Source: a virus (lineage: Duplodnaviria > Heunggongvirae > Uroviricota > Caudoviricetes). Taken from it: a stretch of DNA of 47,939 nucleotides. The stretch lies in the IMG/VR virus record IMGVR_UViG_2802429228_000006, one strand, 5' to 3'. The position numbers and the translations under genes were made by a program. Positions 46,276-47,939 of the stretch are shown here, in pieces; within the stretch, counting starts at the first letter, position 1; every line of letters starts with the position of its first letter. Below the pieces are notes generated by a model, which worked only from the letters and a program-made list of their open reading frames with translations, had not been told where the DNA came from and searched no databases.

Positions 46276-46755
46276 TTCATCTGGGATCTCACCCGTTTCA
46301 AGAAAATGTATAAAGCCAGGCTCATCTATGATGATTGTGCCTTTCATCCTGGCTGCCGATACTTTTGATGGGCCTGCATTGTAACCGCAACAGAGCATCT
46401 GAAGGCTTTGGGTTACAGAGGTTCTTACCGTTAATCCTTGTTCATTCGCCTTATCAACCAATCTTTCTTTATCTGCTTTCTTAAATCCGGTGAAACACAC
46501 ATCGAATGTATTTTTTTTCGGACCAGACTGCTTAGTGAGATGTGAGTAGTTTTCGGGGAGGAATGACGCGCATTCCTGAATGGCTTGTTCTGGTGAATCG
46601 TACTGTTTAAGAATGCGGTCTTTTCGGAAGGTTTTTATTCGATCGGTGTTCTTACAAATGCCCTGTATATGATTTTCGCTATAACTGATGCTCTGTATTG
46701 AGTGAACTCCGATACGACCATTTGCATTGATGTAAACAAAGTGAAGTTCTTCCAT
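46273..46755 (-). CDS. Small cargo protein (160 aa) with WYL-like N-terminal and BRCT-like C-terminal domain
   Basis: N-terminal ...IKTFRKDRI resembles the WYL signature (RTFRLDRI); the C-terminal hydrophobic/Gly pattern (VCFTGF...GPSK...IIIDEPGFIHFL) resembles a BRCT fold; AAGAGG RBS. Confidence 0.55.
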   Translation of the reverse strand: MEELHFVYINANGRIGVHSIQSISYSENHIQGICKNTDRIKTFRKDRILKQYDSPEQAIQECASFLPENYSHLTKQSGPKKNTFDVCFTGFKKADKERLVDKANEQGLTVRTSVTQSLQMLCCGYNAGPSKVSAARMKGTIIIDEPGFIHFLETGEIPDE

Positions 46756-46837
46756 GTGAAACCTCTTTGCATGATTTCAAGATGGCGACAGGCAAGATGG
46801 ACGCAAAAGTCTGTCGCCATTTTGCCGCCACTACCAA

Positions 46838-46870
46838 AGAAAAAGGGGCTACGCTTTTACGTAACCCCTT
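46838..46870 (-). terminator. Rho-independent terminator of ssrA (prophage-side sequence)
   Basis: Stem AAGGGG...CCCCTT with TTT on the minus strand immediately 3' of ssrA. Confidence 0.5.
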
Positions 46871-46878
46871 GATTTATT

Positions 46879-47242
46879 TGGTGGAGCTGGCGGGAGTTGA
46901 ACCCGCGTCCGAAATTCCTACATCCTCGGTACTACATGCTTAGTCAGTCTTTACATTCGCTTGCCAGCTGCGGACAGACACGCCACTAACAAACTAGCCT
47001 GATTAAGTTTTAACGCTTCAACCCCAGGCAAGGCTTCCACGCGATCTCTTTTGGGTTTGACCTCTCTTGATCCCCGTCCTAAGAGCGGAGGCTAGGGAGA
47101 GAGGGCTCTAAGCAGGTTATTAAGCTGCTAAAGCGTAGTTTTCGTCGTTTGCGACTATTTTTTGCGGCTTTTTACGAGGCCAACCGCCCCTCGGCATGCA
47201 CCTTGGGTTTCGCAAATCCCGTCGAATCCAGAATCAGCCCCA
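46879..47242 (-). ncRNA. ssrA: tmRNA (SsrA, 10Sa RNA)
   Basis: The reverse complement reads GGGGCTGATTCTGGATTCGACGGGATTTGCG...GCAAACGACGAAAACTACGCTTTAGCAGCT...GGTTCAACTCCCGCCAGCTCCACCA, including the ANDENYALAA tag-coding region. Ends may be off by 1 nt. Confidence 0.95.
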
Positions 47243-47456
47243 ATGTGTAACGGTGAGTATACCAGATTTGTGAGCGCCATGACCAGCCCCAATGGCGACA
47301 TCGTCAAGGATTTAGCGCCTGCGTAGCATGACTTTTATTCGATTAAGCATGGGGATGACTACATCTGTGTTAAATATGATTATCAACAAGATGTTCATTC
47401 GCGCCACCGGAGAGGGGAGGCGCGGTGAGGGGTTGATCAGTATATGTTATGTAGGT

Positions 47457-47939
47457 TTAACGGTGAGCGTTTTTCATGATACGTGCTTTATCCACCTGCC
47501 ATTCACGTTCTTTGATGTCAGAACGTTTATCGTGTTGTTTCTTACCTTTCGCGACACCAATTTTTACTTTGCACCAGGCATTTTTCCAGTACAGGGAGAG
47601 CGCCACTACGGTATAGCCTTCACGATTTACGCGACCGTACAATGAGTCCAGTTCGCGCTGGTTGAGAAGTAGCTTGCGAGTACGAGTAGGATCGCACACC
47701 ACATGCGTGGAAGCCACAGCCATCGGCGTGATATTTGCGCCAAACAGGAACGCTTCTCCGTCGCGCAGAAGAACATAGCTGTCGCTAATATTGGCTTTTC
47801 CTGCGCGCAGGGATTTAACTTCCCAGCCTTGCAGGGCGAGTCCCGCTTCAAACTCTTCTTCAATAAAGTATTCGTGACGGGCGCGCTTGTTGAGCGCTAT
47901 GGTTGCTGAACCAGGTTTATGTGCTTTTTTCTTCGTCAT
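47457..47939 (-). CDS. smpB: SsrA-binding protein SmpB, complete; start codon at the window edge
   Basis: 160-aa [28 protein letters not shown]... matches E. coli SmpB; conserved smpB-ssrA synteny. Confidence 0.95.

Larger units (their letters stand above)
12854..46878. mobile_element. P2/186-like prophage (integrated at ssrA)
   Basis: Int, CI/Apl/CII, A, Q, P, O, N, M, L, X, lysis, R, S, V, W, J, I, H, G, FI, FII, E/E', T, U, D and ogr in canonical P2-family prophage order, between the att copy and ssrA. Confidence 0.85.

Overview
The window is an Enterobacteriaceae (E. coli-type) chromosomal segment at the smpB-ssrA locus carrying two phage-derived elements in tandem. From left to right: host csiD/glaH (1..978, minus); a roughly 11-kb P4-like satellite element (about 1750..12853) with crr iterons, alpha primase, a P4-type RNA-immunity region, ori iterons, the sid-delta-psu operon, a P4-type cos site, one AT-rich cargo gene and a P4-type integrase, ending in a 45-bp copy of the ssrA 3' end; then a roughly 34-kb P2/186-like prophage (12854..46878) with integrase, a 186-type CI/Apl/CII switch, Dam methylase, replication endonuclease A, a LexA-box-controlled small operon, a cos-like site, portal/terminase, capsid, lysis and tail genes and Ogr, abutting the intact tmRNA gene ssrA and smpB. 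The strongest candidates for undescribed biology are five compositionally foreign, AT-rich single-gene cargo loci at element junctions or operon boundaries: a 695-aa putative nuclease with a C-terminal SEC-C-type Cys motif (9316..11403), a 407-aa RES-domain protein (12970..14193), a 469-aa protein of unrecognised family (22222..23631), a 566-aa AIPR-type protein inserted between tail genes S and V (32497..34197), and a 160-aa WYL-like/BRCT-like protein next to ssrA (46273..46755). None can be assigned to a named defence system from sequence alone. All protein calls rest on reading the supplied translations and on recalled family features; no database search was run. CDS coordinates follow the ORF track, with starts adjusted where an RBS and homolog N-terminus support it. 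Hand-located motifs, hairpins and repeats may be off by 1-2 bp.
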